This document shows positions 10,037 through 19,302 of a DNA stretch of 64,000 nt, piece after piece. The position numbers and the translations under genes were made by a program. The notes beneath the pieces are model-generated. The model ran no database searches. It was not told where the DNA came from and was given only the letters and a program-made list of their open reading frames with translations. Origin of the DNA: Clostridia bacterium (GTDB lineage: Bacteria > Bacillota > Clostridia > Christensenellales > CAG-314); assembly GCA_036654455.1 (NCBI GenBank), contig JAVVRZ010000003.1, forward strand, positions 108,357-172,356, written 5' to 3'. How positions within the stretch are numbered: position 1 is the first letter of the stretch; each line of letters begins with the position of its first letter.

Positions 10037-10826
10037 AATTTCCTCCTAACAAGTTAAGTATTATATCGTGTTCGCTATTTCGCTTTGACAAGATTATATA
10101 GTTTTCTTGCTTATTTATTGTCGCAAGAACAGCGTAACTTGTCTTTTGCCCCGAAACGGTAGAATAAGTAATCTTTTCAAGTACCTTGTTTCCACAAGAT
10201 ATTTGCTCGGCTATTTGCTTGCCTATACTCTTACATAAATACTTGCAAAACACAAAGCAAACGGCTCTGCCTAAGTAAGTTAGACTATTTCCGCTATCTA
10301 AGAAAGCGTCTACGGAATAAGTCTTGCCAAAAACTACTAAACTTACGCTATACTTAAATTTCGCCTGATGTCTTGCTTTATTTATATAAGTAGTAACGCT
10401 ATAAACTAGATAGGTAAATATCGCTATCGCTACTAAGTATATGCCGATAGGAATATTAGACGAATAGTTAAGCGTAGCCGAACCAAAGCTAAAATCTCCA
10501 ACCGCATAGATTAAGGCTAGTAAAACTCCCCCTAAAACAAATGTGTATGCGAAAAATAGTAAAATAGAATATATTTTTAGCAATTTACTTCGTTTTAGAG
10601 TAAATAATAGACATAAGCTGACCCCAACTACGCTTTTTACCAAAAATAAAAGTATGCCGTTGAGTTTCAACAAGGGCAACGATAAAGCAAACGCAACGCC
10701 CAGCAACGAACACAGCGTTATATGCCAAACCCCTTTTTTAAGTTTTAGCGTCTTGTTGACACAATAAAAAAGTAGATAATCAAAAGCAAAATTGTCAATA
10801 ATAGCATATTCAATATAAACTTCCAT
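10023..10826 (-). CDS. spoIIGA: Sigma-E processing aspartic peptidase SpoIIGA
   Basis: Polytopic membrane N-terminal half and a C-terminal domain with the DSGN motif ([11 protein letters not shown]). Classical spoIIGA-sigE pairing. Confidence 0.85.
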   Translation of the reverse strand: MEVYIEYAIIDNFAFDYLLFYCVNKTLKLKKGVWHITLCSLLGVAFALSLPLLKLNGILLFLVKSVVGVSLCLLFTLKRSKLLKIYSILLFFAYTFVLGGVLLALIYAVGDFSFGSATLNYSSNIPIGIYLVAIAIFTYLVYSVTTYINKARHQAKFKYSVSLVVFGKTYSVDAFLDSGNSLTYLGRAVCFVFCKYLCKSIGKQIAEQISCGNKVLEKITYSTVSGQKTSYAVLATINKQENYIILSKRNSEHDIILNLLGGNYETT

Positions 10827-11128
10827 CGCAAATATAATTATAGATTAGTTTGTTATTAGCTTTTTTGCTACCTTTGTTACTTTTTTAACATTTATAGCGA
10901 AAACAAAGAGCCGTCCTAGGACGACTCTTCTTGTAAAAGCGTTATTAGTAGTACAGAGCATATTAATAATTTAACGCAAATACACATTTTAATTAGGCTG
11001 TTTTATTTGCTTTGAGTTTGATTAACTTTGTATTGCCTTTGCATAACTTTACCTTTGCTTAAATTTGTTCGTATATATTTTTTGCTATAAATATACGATT
11101 ACTATGATTTCTAACTGGTTTTTAATTT

Positions 11129-11806
11129 CTATTGAGCGGGTTTGGTTAGAATAGTCCACGGACTTACATATTTGCCATCTTTTTTAACAGCAAGGTGTAA
11201 GTGAGCGCCGTCTGCTAGCTCTGAGCCGGCAGAATTAGATACCTCGCCGATTTTTTCGCCCTTAGCTACGGTTTGTCCTGCTACTACGCAAAGATTTTGC
11301 ATTGAGGCATAGGTTGCTACGACGCCATCGCCGTGGTCTACGGTAACATAGTCGCCTAAGGCATAATTATTGCCAACTTCGGTAACCGTACCTCCCCTCA
11401 TAGCCGTTACTGCCGTTCCGCTTGTGGCTAAAAAGTCAGTAGCTCGGTGAGATTGCCAACGTTTAAGGGTACTACTAAATACAAACAAGTTGTCGGTGTC
11501 GTTAGTATAGTCCATACCGATTGTAAAATTGGATACCGGCAATTCGAACTTTGCCGAAGTAATGTCGCCGTCCCCGCCTGTTGGAACATCATCGCTAGGG
11601 TCTGTGGTTGGCTTGTCGTCGTCGGGGTCGTCGGTAGTGTCGGTGGGCTTGTTGCCGTCTACCGGTAGAGTTGGCTCGTTAGCGTTGACGCTTGCTACAA
11701 TTACTATTGTAACTATGGCAAGTAAGCAAATTGATATAATGATAAGAGCTATGTTGTTACGGAGAAATCTTACAAAAGCATTTCCGTTAACATTTGATTT
11801 TGACAT
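11129..11806 (-). CDS. Membrane-anchored M23/LytM metallopeptidase (SpoIIQ-like architecture)
   Basis: N-terminal TM helix, acidic/Pro/Thr linker (PTDTTDDPDDDKPTTDPSDD), and a LytM domain with HxxxD (HRATD) and HLH (AHLHLAV) zinc ligands intact. Confidence 0.8.
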   Translation of the reverse strand: MSKSNVNGNAFVRFLRNNIALIIISICLLAIVTIVIVASVNANEPTLPVDGNKPTDTTDDPDDDKPTTDPSDDVPTGGDGDITSAKFELPVSNFTIGMDYTNDTDNLFVFSSTLKRWQSHRATDFLATSGTAVTAMRGGTVTEVGNNYALGDYVTVDHGDGVVATYASMQNLCVVAGQTVAKGEKIGEVSNSAGSELADGAHLHLAVKKDGKYVSPWTILTKPAQ

Positions 11807-11844
11807 TTATTTGTCCTCCTAATATAATTTTTTGTCTATATGTA

Positions 11845-12267
11845 TTAGTAACTTCCTAGTAATATTGGGTAGCCTACATATATTTGCTCTCTTACGCACG
11901 CAATTTGTACGTTGACTTCTACGCCATTTATGTAAATACCCCTATTGAGTTTATTAGAATATCCGTAGGTAATTTCTTCATTATTTGAATTTGCTAGATT
12001 AAGTTTAGACAACACTTCTTGCAGTACTGTTTGGCTAAACTTTGCAACATAGGTCACGCCTTTGATATTTTTGCATTGACTAATCACGCTATCAAACTCA
12101 GCCAAACTTGTTTTTACTCTCTTAAACTCTCCGCAATCAACGTTAGGCAAAGTCGTAGAAACACAATATATGTAATAATCACCCTCTAAGGTTAATACAT
12201 TTGGTAAATTAGTAGGTCTTACTTGCAAAAATACCAAGAATATTAGCAATAAATAAATTTTTTTCAC
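11845..12267 (-). CDS. Secreted hypothetical protein; C-terminal motif is reminiscent of YwmB/DUF1779
   Basis: GTG start after TAGGAG. Signal-peptide-like MKKIYLLLIFLVFLQV. The C-terminus NVQIACVREQIYVGYPILLGSY resembles the YwmB-family ending. The family assignment is from memory only. Confidence 0.5.
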   Translation of the reverse strand: MKKIYLLLIFLVFLQVRPTNLPNVLTLEGDYYIYCVSTTLPNVDCGEFKRVKTSLAEFDSVISQCKNIKGVTYVAKFSQTVLQEVLSKLNLANSNNEEITYGYSNKLNRGIYINGVEVNVQIACVREQIYVGYPILLGSY

Positions 12268-12275
12268 AAAAACTC

Positions 12276-12314
12276 CTAAAAAAATACTCCTACCATCATT
12301 GTGGTAGGAGTATT
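12276..12314 (-). terminator. Terminator after prs
   Basis: AATACTCCTACCA-loop-TGGTAGGAGTATT followed by T7 on the minus strand. It directly abuts the RBS of the next gene. Confidence 0.75.
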
Positions 12315-12369
12315 GACAAGTATATTAATTTATAAACCGTTGTTTAAAAAATATTTAAATACTTAAAGA

Positions 12370-13326
12370 TTATTCAAATAATTTAGAAACCGAGCGGTGC
12401 GTGTAGATATTTGAGATTGCGTCGGCAAATAAATCGGCTACGCCCACACGAACAATCTTACTACACATCTTTTCAGGAGGAAGTTCGATAGTATCTAAGG
12501 TTACAAGTTGCTCGATAGGACTATCCATAATGCGTGAAATTGCAGGGCCTGAGAATATCCCGTGCGAACAACAAGCTAAAATTTTGCTTGCGCCTTGTTC
12601 TTTAAGGGCGATAGCGCCTTGACAAATAGTGCCGGCAGTATCAATCATATCGTCAATCATTATGCAAGTCTTGCCATCGATATCGCCGATAATATTCATA
12701 ACTTCCATAACGTTTGCCTTAGGACGACGCTTATCTATAATAGCTATTGGAGCGTTAAATTTTGTCGCCATAGAACGAGCGCGTTTAACCGAGCCTACGT
12801 CGGGCGCTACAATTACTAAATCGTCAGATTTGTAACCGTTTGCGATAAAATATTTAGACAACACGCCTTGACCTAACAAGTGGTCAAGAGGAATATCAAA
12901 AAACCCTTGAAGTTGAGCCGAGTGTAAGTCCATAGTAAGTATACGGTTTGCGCCTGCCGTTGTGATAAGGTCAGCTACTAATTTGGCGCTTATCGGGTCT
13001 CTCGCACGAGCTTTCCAGTCCTGACGAGCATATCCAAAATATGGTATAACGGCTGTAATGCGACCGGCGGAAGCTCTCTTGAAGGCGTCAAGCATAACAA
13101 GTAGCTCCATAAGGTTTTCATTTACTGGGTAGGAAGTTGATTGGACGATAAATACATCTCTGCCTCTTACGCTCTCACGAATGTTTACGGCAACTTCTCC
13201 GTCCGAGAAACGTGTTACTTCCATATCCCCTAGTGGCATTTCTAGTTTGGCGCAAATACCTGTGGCTAAATCCTTACTAGCGTTTCCTGCAAAAATCTTG
13301 ATAGAATTAAGCGGTGTGTCTAACAT
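12370..13326 (-). CDS. prs: Ribose-phosphate pyrophosphokinase
   Basis: IKIFAGNASKDLA...RFSDGE...VIPYFGYARQD...DLHSAQLQGFF...DDMIDTAGT motifs. Start moved to ATG 13326 (GGAGG 6 nt upstream) instead of 13359. Confidence 0.95.
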   Translation of the reverse strand: MLDTPLNSIKIFAGNASKDLATGICAKLEMPLGDMEVTRFSDGEVAVNIRESVRGRDVFIVQSTSYPVNENLMELLVMLDAFKRASAGRITAVIPYFGYARQDWKARARDPISAKLVADLITTAGANRILTMDLHSAQLQGFFDIPLDHLLGQGVLSKYFIANGYKSDDLVIVAPDVGSVKRARSMATKFNAPIAIIDKRRPKANVMEVMNIIGDIDGKTCIMIDDMIDTAGTICQGAIALKEQGASKILACCSHGIFSGPAISRIMDSPIEQLVTLDTIELPPEKMCSKIVRVGVADLFADAISNIYTHRSVSKLFE

Positions 13327-13540
13327 TTCTTTCCTCCATTGTATTAAAAATATAATCAAACGCCAACAAAAAAAGTCGGCTAGTTTACCAAAAAATGTCT
13401 ACCCTTACAGTACAATATTAGAACAAATGTATATGCTTGTCAAGATAAAATATAGCAAAAGGAAAAGAAATATTTTTGCTATTCTTTTCCTTTTGTTAAC
13501 ATTTTTTACTTTTGTTCTTAACAAACGTTATTACGCTTTT

Positions 13541-13690
13541 TTACTTCTGTTTGTAATTTTTGCAAGATGTTTCTCTTACGTTTCCCTCGGGGTGGTCTAC
13601 TGTAATGCATTTTAGCTTACAACATTCGTCGCCTTGACAGTTATGCAAACAATCGCATACGTTACATTTAATTCTTTGAGCTTTTTCCAT
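13541..13690 (-). CDS. DUF1540-like small cysteine-rich protein
   Basis: 49 aa: MEKAQRIKCNVCDCLHNCQGDECCKLKCITVDHPEG...C. RBS GGAGGT precedes ATG 13690. The ORF-track start at 13765 has no RBS. Confidence 0.65.
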   Translation of the reverse strand: MEKAQRIKCNVCDCLHNCQGDECCKLKCITVDHPEGNVRETSCKNYKQK

Positions 13691-13813
13691 TTTTTTACCT
13701 CCGTTTTTATATATTTTTACCGATTTTATTGTTTTTATACTATTATGACGTGACCTTATTGACAAAAGTATAAAATAATTATAAACTATATAATATAAAG
13801 GGAGGATACGAAA

Positions 13814-14251
13814 ATGAAGGTAGTATTACTTAAAGATGTGGCAACTCAGGGCAAAAAAGACGATATAATTGAGGTAAGCGACGGATACGCTAGAAATTAC
13901 TTATTTAGACTTGGACTTGCCGAAGCTTGCAACGACCAAATAATAAAACAAATGGACGCTAAAAAGAAAAAAGAAAGAGAAGTTAAGGAACAAGAAAGAC
14001 AGGTCGCTAGACGCCTTGCGCAAGAGATAAAGACTCGTTCGGTTGTAATCAGCGCAAAAAAAGGCGAGGGCGGTAGATTATTCGGGTCGGTTACAAGCCA
14101 AGAAATTATCGACGCTTTAAATAAACAAGGTTATTCTTTCGAAAAAAAGATTGTAGTTTTGCCTTCCCCGCTAAAAACCATTGGAGAATATTCTGTTACG
14201 CTTAAACTATACGCAGAAATATCTACTACGCTTAAAGTTATTGTGGAGTAA
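13814..14251 (+). CDS. rplI: 50S ribosomal protein L9
   Basis: MKVVLLKDVATQGKKDDIIEVSDGYARNYLF N-terminal domain, 145 aa. RBS GGGAGGA. Confidence 0.95.
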   Translation: MKVVLLKDVATQGKKDDIIEVSDGYARNYLFRLGLAEACNDQIIKQMDAKKKKEREVKEQERQVARRLAQEIKTRSVVISAKKGEGGRLFGSVTSQEIIDALNKQGYSFEKKIVVLPSPLKTIGEYSVTLKLYAEISTTLKVIVE

Positions 14252-14303
14252 GTTTAGACTCAACGGAGCAAATTATAACGCCATATTTTATAAATTGAAG
14301 AAT

Positions 14304-14393
14304 TTAAATTGAAAAATTAGATTGTTAATTTTAGCCAAAATTAAATTGAAAAATTAGATTGTTAATTTTAGCCAAAATTAAATTGAAAAATTA
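14304..14393. repeat. 37-bp tandem direct repeat, about 2.4 copies
   Basis: TTAAATTGAAAAATTAGATTGTTAATTTTAGCCAAAA occurs at 14304-14340 and 14341-14377, identical, then a partial third copy. Each unit contains the AT hairpin AAAATTA-N6-TAATTTT. Confidence 0.9.
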
Positions 14394-14425
14394 AAGACAA
14401 AGATTAAGTTACGCAAATTGCAAAC

Positions 14426-14464
14426 AAAAAAGACTGCCAAAATATTTTGGCAGTCTTTATTTTG
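14426..14464. terminator. Bidirectional terminator between convergent rplI and rplL
   Basis: AAAGACTGCCAAAAT/ATTTTGGCAGTCTTT perfect palindrome flanked by an A-run and a T-run. Confidence 0.8.
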
Positions 14465-14476
14465 CAATAAACTAAT

Positions 14477-14842
14477 TTATTTAAGTTCGGCTTCTGCGCC
14501 AGCTGCAACAAGTTTAGCAAGCATTTTGTCTGCTTCTTCCTTAGGTTGAGCTTCTTTGATTGTTGAAGGAGCGGCTTCTACTAAGTTCTTAGCTTCTACT
14601 AGTCCTAAACCAGTTAGTTCTCTAACTACCTTGATAACGTCAATTTTCTTAGCGCCAAAGCTCTTTAAAATTACGTCAAATTCGGTCTTTTCTTCTACTA
14701 CTGCAACCGGAGCTGCTGCGCCAGCTACTGCTACCTGAGCCGCTGCTGATACGCCAAATTCTTTTTCTATTGCTTTGACAAGTTCGTTAAGTTCTACGAC
14801 TGTCATTTTTTTGATTTCTTCAATAAATTGTGATACTTCCAT
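14477..14842 (-). CDS. rplL: 50S ribosomal protein L7/L12
   Basis: 121 aa with Ala-rich hinge [25 protein letters not shown] and C-terminal [19 protein letters not shown]. Confidence 0.97.
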   Translation of the reverse strand: MEVSQFIEEIKKMTVVELNELVKAIEKEFGVSAAAQVAVAGAAAPVAVVEEKTEFDVILKSFGAKKIDVIKVVRELTGLGLVEAKNLVEAAPSTIKEAQPKEEADKMLAKLVAAGAEAELK

Positions 14843-14904
14843 TTTATTTCTCCTATTAATTTAAATTTTGATTTTGCATTTTTAATGCTTGTACTTTGGG
14901 CTAA

Positions 14905-15405
14905 TTAGCCACGTTGTTCGGCTACTTTGTCAAGAGCGATTGCAAGAGAGCGCACTGGGGCTTGCAATACTGATAGCAACATAGATAGTAGCGCAGGCTT
15001 GTTAGGAACTTTGGAATATTGTTCAACTGCGTTAGCGTCAATATACTTTTTGTCCATCATACCGCATTTAACTTGAACGGTCTTGTAAGTAGATACGCTT
15101 TCTACCGCAACTTTGCATGCTGCTAATTCGTCTTCGGTAGCAAAAGCAATAGCCGTAGGTCCGTTAAGAGCAAGGTCGAATTCTTTATAACCTAGTTCGT
15201 TAAGAGCAAGGCGTACAAGAGTATTTTTAAGCACTTTATACTCGACTTTTTGGTCACGGAAAGTACGACGCATCTCGGTATCTTGTAGAACGGTAAGACC
15301 TTTGTAATCAAATACTACAAAACCCTTAGTGTTGGCGATACGCTCCTTGATGATGTCTACTTCTTTTCTTTTAGCTTGTCTGTTTAGACTAATTTGTTCT
15401 GTCAT
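14905..15405 (-). CDS. rplJ: 50S ribosomal protein L10
   Basis: 166 aa, position upstream of rplL, typical L10 sequence (KGLTVLQDTEMRRTFR). Confidence 0.95.
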   Translation of the reverse strand: MTEQISLNRQAKRKEVDIIKERIANTKGFVVFDYKGLTVLQDTEMRRTFRDQKVEYKVLKNTLVRLALNELGYKEFDLALNGPTAIAFATEDELAACKVAVESVSTYKTVQVKCGMMDKKYIDANAVEQYSKVPNKPALLSMLLSVLQAPVRSLAIALDKVAEQRG

Positions 15406-15586
15406 TGTTCTCCTCCTTTTTTAATACTTGCGTAGTAAAACTACTATTAAAATGCCCCTGTATCAAAAGATACAAGGGCGGAAGCGTTTAACTTACCTAG
15501 TCTTGTACCTCGGCAAGATTTATGTTTGTACTTGCTGTCTTAGGATATAAGGACGTTTTATTAAATTAAATTTGTAATGCTAATTG
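15406..15586 (-). promoter_or_regulatory. Probable L10 (rplJ) leader with attenuator hairpin
   Basis: 181-nt structured spacer between rplA and rplJ. GACAGCAAG...CTTGCCGAGG pairing, then CCCTTGTATC-TTTT-GATACAGGGG followed by CATTTTAAT on the minus strand. Consistent with the Firmicute L10-leader attenuation mechanism. No covariance model was run. Confidence 0.5.
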
Positions 15587-16270
15587 TTAGATTGATTTAT
15601 AGTTCATTTTAATACCTACGCCCATTGTTGAAGTTACAACAACGCTTTTTAGGTAGGTACCCTTAGCTGCCGATGGTTTAGCTTTTACAATAGCTTCCAT
15701 AAGCGCTCTAAGGTTTTGAGATAATTTCTCTGCGCCAAAGCTCTTTTTGCCAAAAATTACGTGGCAAATTGAAGTTTTGTCTACTCTGTATTCTACTTTG
15801 CCTGCTTTAACTTCGGCAATAGCCTTAGTTACGTCCATAGTAACAGTACCGCTCTTTGGGTTAGGCATTAAACCTTTTGGTCCTAATACTTTACCAATAC
15901 GGCCAACTAGACCCATCATATCGGGAGTAGTTACGCAAACGTCAAAGTCAAACCAACCGGCTTGAATTTTAGCAATCATATCTTCTGCGCCAACAAAGTC
16001 TGCGCCGGCTGCTGTTGCTTCGTCTGCCTTAATACCTTTAACAAGGGCTAAAACTCTTACTTTTTTGCCTGTGCCGTTAGGAAGAACTACTACGCCACGT
16101 ACCTGTTGGTCTGCGTGTCTAGGGTCAACGCCTAGTCTTACGTGAAGTTCCATAGTTTCGTCGAACTTAGCGTTAGCTGTGTCGACTGCAAGCTGTACGG
16201 CTTCTTCAAGCTCGTATTGTCTTGTGGTATCAATTTTTTTGATGTTCTCTACGTGTCTCTTACCTTGCAT
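15587..16270 (-). CDS. rplA: 50S ribosomal protein L1
   Basis: [14 protein letters not shown]... 227 aa. Start moved to ATG 16270 (AGGGAGGAG RBS). The ORF-track extension overlaps rplK. Confidence 0.95.
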   Translation of the reverse strand: MQGKRHVENIKKIDTTRQYELEEAVQLAVDTANAKFDETMELHVRLGVDPRHADQQVRGVVVLPNGTGKKVRVLALVKGIKADEATAAGADFVGAEDMIAKIQAGWFDFDVCVTTPDMMGLVGRIGKVLGPKGLMPNPKSGTVTMDVTKAIAEVKAGKVEYRVDKTSICHVIFGKKSFGAEKLSQNLRALMEAIVKAKPSAAKGTYLKSVVVTSTMGVGIKMNYKSI

Positions 16271-16284
16271 TGTGTTCTCCTCCC

Positions 16285-16710
16285 TTAACCTTCTACTACG
16301 ATACCCATACTGCGAGCAGTACCGGCAATCATAGAACAAGCTGTTTCAAGACACGAAGCGTTGAGGTCGACCATCTTAGCTTTGGCAATCTCTTCTACTT
16401 GCGCTTTGGTAATTTTAGCTACTTTGTCTTTGTTGGGGACTTTGCTTGCTCTTTCAATCTTGCAAGCCTTTTTGATGAGAACAGGAGCAGGAGGAGTCTT
16501 TAAGACCATTGAAAAAGTGTGGTCTTTGTAAACTGTGATTATAACGGGTATAATCAAGCCTGCCTTGTCAGCGGTCTTAGCGTTAAATTCCTTAGTAAAC
16601 ATAGGAATATTACAACCTGTTGGACCGAGAGCCGAACCTACTGGCGGAGCGGGTGTCGCTTTACCAGCCGGAAGCTGTAATTTAACTACAGCGATTACTT
16701 GTTTTGCCAT
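16285..16710 (-). CDS. rplK: 50S ribosomal protein L11
   Basis: [32 protein letters not shown]..., 141 aa. Start moved to ATG 16710. Confidence 0.97.
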   Translation of the reverse strand: MAKQVIAVVKLQLPAGKATPAPPVGSALGPTGCNIPMFTKEFNAKTADKAGLIIPVIITVYKDHTFSMVLKTPPAPVLIKKACKIERASKVPNKDKVAKITKAQVEEIAKAKMVDLNASCLETACSMIAGTARSMGIVVEG

Positions 16711-16794
16711 ATTAAATCTCCTTTGTGGTATATTGGAAAAATTTAAAAACTTCTCCTTCCACTGCAAACACTAATAGTGTTGTTGTTATAAAAA

Positions 16795-17319
16795 TTATTT
16801 AGCCTCAATACTTGCTATTTGGTCAAAGTCCATACCTACTTCGGCTTCTCTGCCAAACATATTAAGCGCCACAGTTACCTTTTGTTTGAGTTGGTCGATT
16901 GACTTAATCGAGCCGATTAATCCTTCAAATGCGCCGGAAATAACGTTGACATTGTCGCCGATAGCAAGCTTAAAGTCGTATTTGACTACTTCGAGCTTAA
17001 ATCTACGCACTTCGTCTTCTTCAAGTGGCCACGCCTTACCCTGAGGGCCTACAAAACCCGTTACTCCACGAGTTGTGGTGATTAGGTAGCCAATATGAGG
17101 AGAATAAATACATTTGATAAATACGTAACAAGGCATAGATTTGACCTCAACGACCTTTTTCTTGCCGTTATGTTCCTCTATTGCTTGTTCGAGGGGTATT
17201 TTAATGTCAAATATCATTTCGCCCAAATTGTTATTCTTAACCATTTGTTCGATATTCGCCTTGACTATACCTTCATACCCTGCATAAGTATGAATTACAT
17301 ACCACTTAGCGTCACTCAT
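16795..17319 (-). CDS. nusG: Transcription termination/antitermination factor NusG
   Basis: WYVIHTYAGYE NGN domain and C-terminal KOW (GDNVNVISGAFEGLIGSI). Confidence 0.95.
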   Translation of the reverse strand: MSDAKWYVIHTYAGYEGIVKANIEQMVKNNNLGEMIFDIKIPLEQAIEEHNGKKKVVEVKSMPCYVFIKCIYSPHIGYLITTTRGVTGFVGPQGKAWPLEEDEVRRFKLEVVKYDFKLAIGDNVNVISGAFEGLIGSIKSIDQLKQKVTVALNMFGREAEVGMDFDQIASIEAK

Positions 17320-17322
17320 TTA

Positions 17323-17535
17323 TTACGCACCTATAACTAAACCGTGCAACCAGCCAAACAATACGTCAGCTGCGCCGATTAAAATTAAGAAGAAGGTAAC
17401 AACTGCTAAAATAACGCCTAGATTCTTCAACACTGTGGAAAAAGTAGGCCAAGAAACCTTTTTAAGTTCCGACCAACTCTTTGACAAGTGGTTGCCTAGT
17501 CTTCTAAACATATTGGGTCTTTTTGTTGTTGGCAT
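17323..17535 (-). CDS. secE: Preprotein translocase subunit SecE
   Basis: 70 aa with a single C-terminal TM. SELKKVSWPT motif. Located between rpmG and nusG. Confidence 0.9.
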   Translation of the reverse strand: MPTTKRPNMFRRLGNHLSKSWSELKKVSWPTFSTVLKNLGVILAVVTFFLILIGAADVLFGWLHGLVIGA

Positions 17536-17547
17536 AATTAATTACTC

Positions 17548-17712
17548 CTACTTAGACTCTTTGTGCAAGGTGTGTTTTTTGCACGTAGAACAATACTTAG
17601 TTAATTCAAGCTTCTCTGTGGTGTTCTTGGTATTCTTCATATTGTCATAGTTACGATTCTTACATTCGGTACAAGCCAATGTGATTTTGATGCGATTACC
17701 TTTTTTAGCCAT
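17548..17712 (-). CDS. rpmG: 50S ribosomal protein L33 (zinc-ribbon C+ form)
   Basis: Not in the ORF track (<60 aa). Own translation: [54 protein letters not shown], with CxxC...CxxC. Confidence 0.93.
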   Translation of the reverse strand: MAKKGNRIKITLACTECKNRNYDNMKNTKNTTEKLELTKYCSTCKKHTLHKESK

Positions 17713-17773
17713 TGTAGCGTCTCCAATGTTTTTTTACACGAAAAATTTACACCTCTTACCGAAGTGCACGCTT

Positions 17774-17803
17774 ATGATACCACAAACCTTGCTATTATGT
17801 CAA
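17774..17803 (-). promoter_or_regulatory. Promoter for rpmG-secE-nusG
   Basis: Minus strand: TTGACA, 18-nt spacer, TGgTATCAT. Confidence 0.45.
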
Positions 17804-17941
17804 CAATATTAAAGAATTATTTTAATTAAAAGAAAATCATTATTAGTTAAAAAATGTAAAAGTATAAGTTAAAATAAAGAAAAAATAGAGTTAAACCTAT
17901 TTAAATAAACCTAGCGCTATTGTTAAGTTGGTCTAACGCTT

Positions 17942-17968
17942 AAAAGGACGCTTAAAAAGCGTCCTTTT
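17942..17968 (-). terminator. Hairpin terminator after tuf
   Basis: AAAAGGACGC-N7-GCGTCCTTTT, 20 nt downstream of the tuf stop. Confidence 0.65.
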
Positions 17969-17987
17969 AAATGAAAAATTGTATTAA

Positions 17988-19202
17988 TTAGTCGGGAAGA
18001 ACCTTAGAAACAACACCCGAACCAACAGTTCTGCCACCTTCACGAATAGCGAAACGTAGTCCTTCTTCTATTGCGATAGGAGTGATTAACTTAACGTCAA
18101 TCTTGGTGTGGTCGCCGGGCATAACCATCTCAACGCCTTTTTCTAGTTCGATACTGCCTGTAACGTCAGTTGTACGGAAATAGAATTGAGGACGATAACC
18201 ATTAAAGAATGGGCTGTGTCTGCCACCCTCTTCTTTGGTGAGTACGTATACTTGACCTTCAAAGTTCTTGTGGGGGTGAATTGTCTTAGGTTTAGCAATT
18301 ACTTGGCCTCTTTCTACGTCGTCTCTCTTGATACCACGTAGTAATAAACCAACGTTGTCGCCCGCTACTGCGCTGTCGAGAAGTTTGCGGAACATTTCTA
18401 CGCCTGTTACAACGGTAGCCGTAGTCTCTTCTTTAAGACCAACAATTTCTACTGCGTCGCCGTTCTTGATTTCGCCTCTCTCTACTCTGCCGGTTGCAAC
18501 TGTGCCACGACCGGTAATAGTGAAGACGTCTTCTACTGGCATTAAGAAAGGTTTGTCGGTTGCTCTTGTAGGAGTAGGAATATAATCGTCAACTACTTTC
18601 ATTAGTTCAAGGATTGGAGCGTATTCGGGACGTGTTAAGTCCTTGCAACCGGTTGAAGCTAAATCCATAGCAACTTTTGCGCTACCCTTGATAATTGGGA
18701 TATCGTCGCCGGGGAAATCGTATTTGCTAAGTAAATCTCTAACTTCCATTTCAACTAACTCGATTAGCTCTGGGTCGTCGACTAAGTCTGTCTTATTTAG
18801 AAATACTACAATATAAGGAACGCCAACCTGACGAGCGAGCAAGATATGCTCTCTTGTTTGAGGCATTGGTCCGTCTGCTGCTGAAACTACTAATATAGCG
18901 CCGTCCATTTGAGCTGCGCCTGTAATCATATTCTTTACATAGTCGGCGTGGCCGGGGCAGTCAACGTGAGCGTAGTGTCTTGCGTCTGTTTGATACTCTA
19001 CGTGAGAAGTATTGATTGTAATACCTCTTTCTTTTTCTTCGGGAGCTTTATCGATTTGGTCGTAACGCATAACTTCTGCATTACCTTCAAGACTCATAAC
19101 CATAGTAATAGCTGCCGTAAGAGTTGTTTTACCGTGGTCTACGTGACCGATGGTGCCGATGTTAACGTGCGGTTTGCTTCTATCAAACTTTTGTTTTGCC
19201 AT
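17988..19202 (-). CDS. tuf: Elongation factor Tu
   Basis: [26 protein letters not shown]-motifs. 404 aa, with about 8 extra residues ([13 protein letters not shown]) in domain 1 relative to typical Firmicute EF-Tu. Confidence 0.98.
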   Translation of the reverse strand: MAKQKFDRSKPHVNIGTIGHVDHGKTTLTAAITMVMSLEGNAEVMRYDQIDKAPEEKERGITINTSHVEYQTDARHYAHVDCPGHADYVKNMITGAAQMDGAILVVSAADGPMPQTREHILLARQVGVPYIVVFLNKTDLVDDPELIELVEMEVRDLLSKYDFPGDDIPIIKGSAKVAMDLASTGCKDLTRPEYAPILELMKVVDDYIPTPTRATDKPFLMPVEDVFTITGRGTVATGRVERGEIKNGDAVEIVGLKEETTATVVTGVEMFRKLLDSAVAGDNVGLLLRGIKRDDVERGQVIAKPKTIHPHKNFEGQVYVLTKEEGGRHSPFFNGYRPQFYFRTTDVTGSIELEKGVEMVMPGDHTKIDVKLITPIAIEEGLRFAIREGGRTVGSGVVSKVLPD

Positions 19203-19302
19203 TTTTAACCTCCTAAAAACCTTATAGTTTTTTTGTTTTTATTTCTTTTTAATTATAATATATTTTTTATTTTTGGTCTATTGTTTTTTGCAAGTTTTGC
19301 GT

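Noticed and set aside
13181-13615. 144-aa plus-strand ORF spanning the prs 5' end and the prs/DUF1540 spacer
   Set aside because: It is antisense to prs for half its length. It crosses a 12-bp-stem hairpin (AAAGGAAAAGAA/TTCTTTTCCTTT, ~13456-13496). It has no SD, and its translation is hydrophobic and low-complexity.
14304-14393. Possibility that the 37-bp repeat is a mini-CRISPR array
   Set aside because: The units are directly adjacent with no spacers. There are only ~2.4 copies, they are AT-only hairpins, and no cas genes are present in the window.
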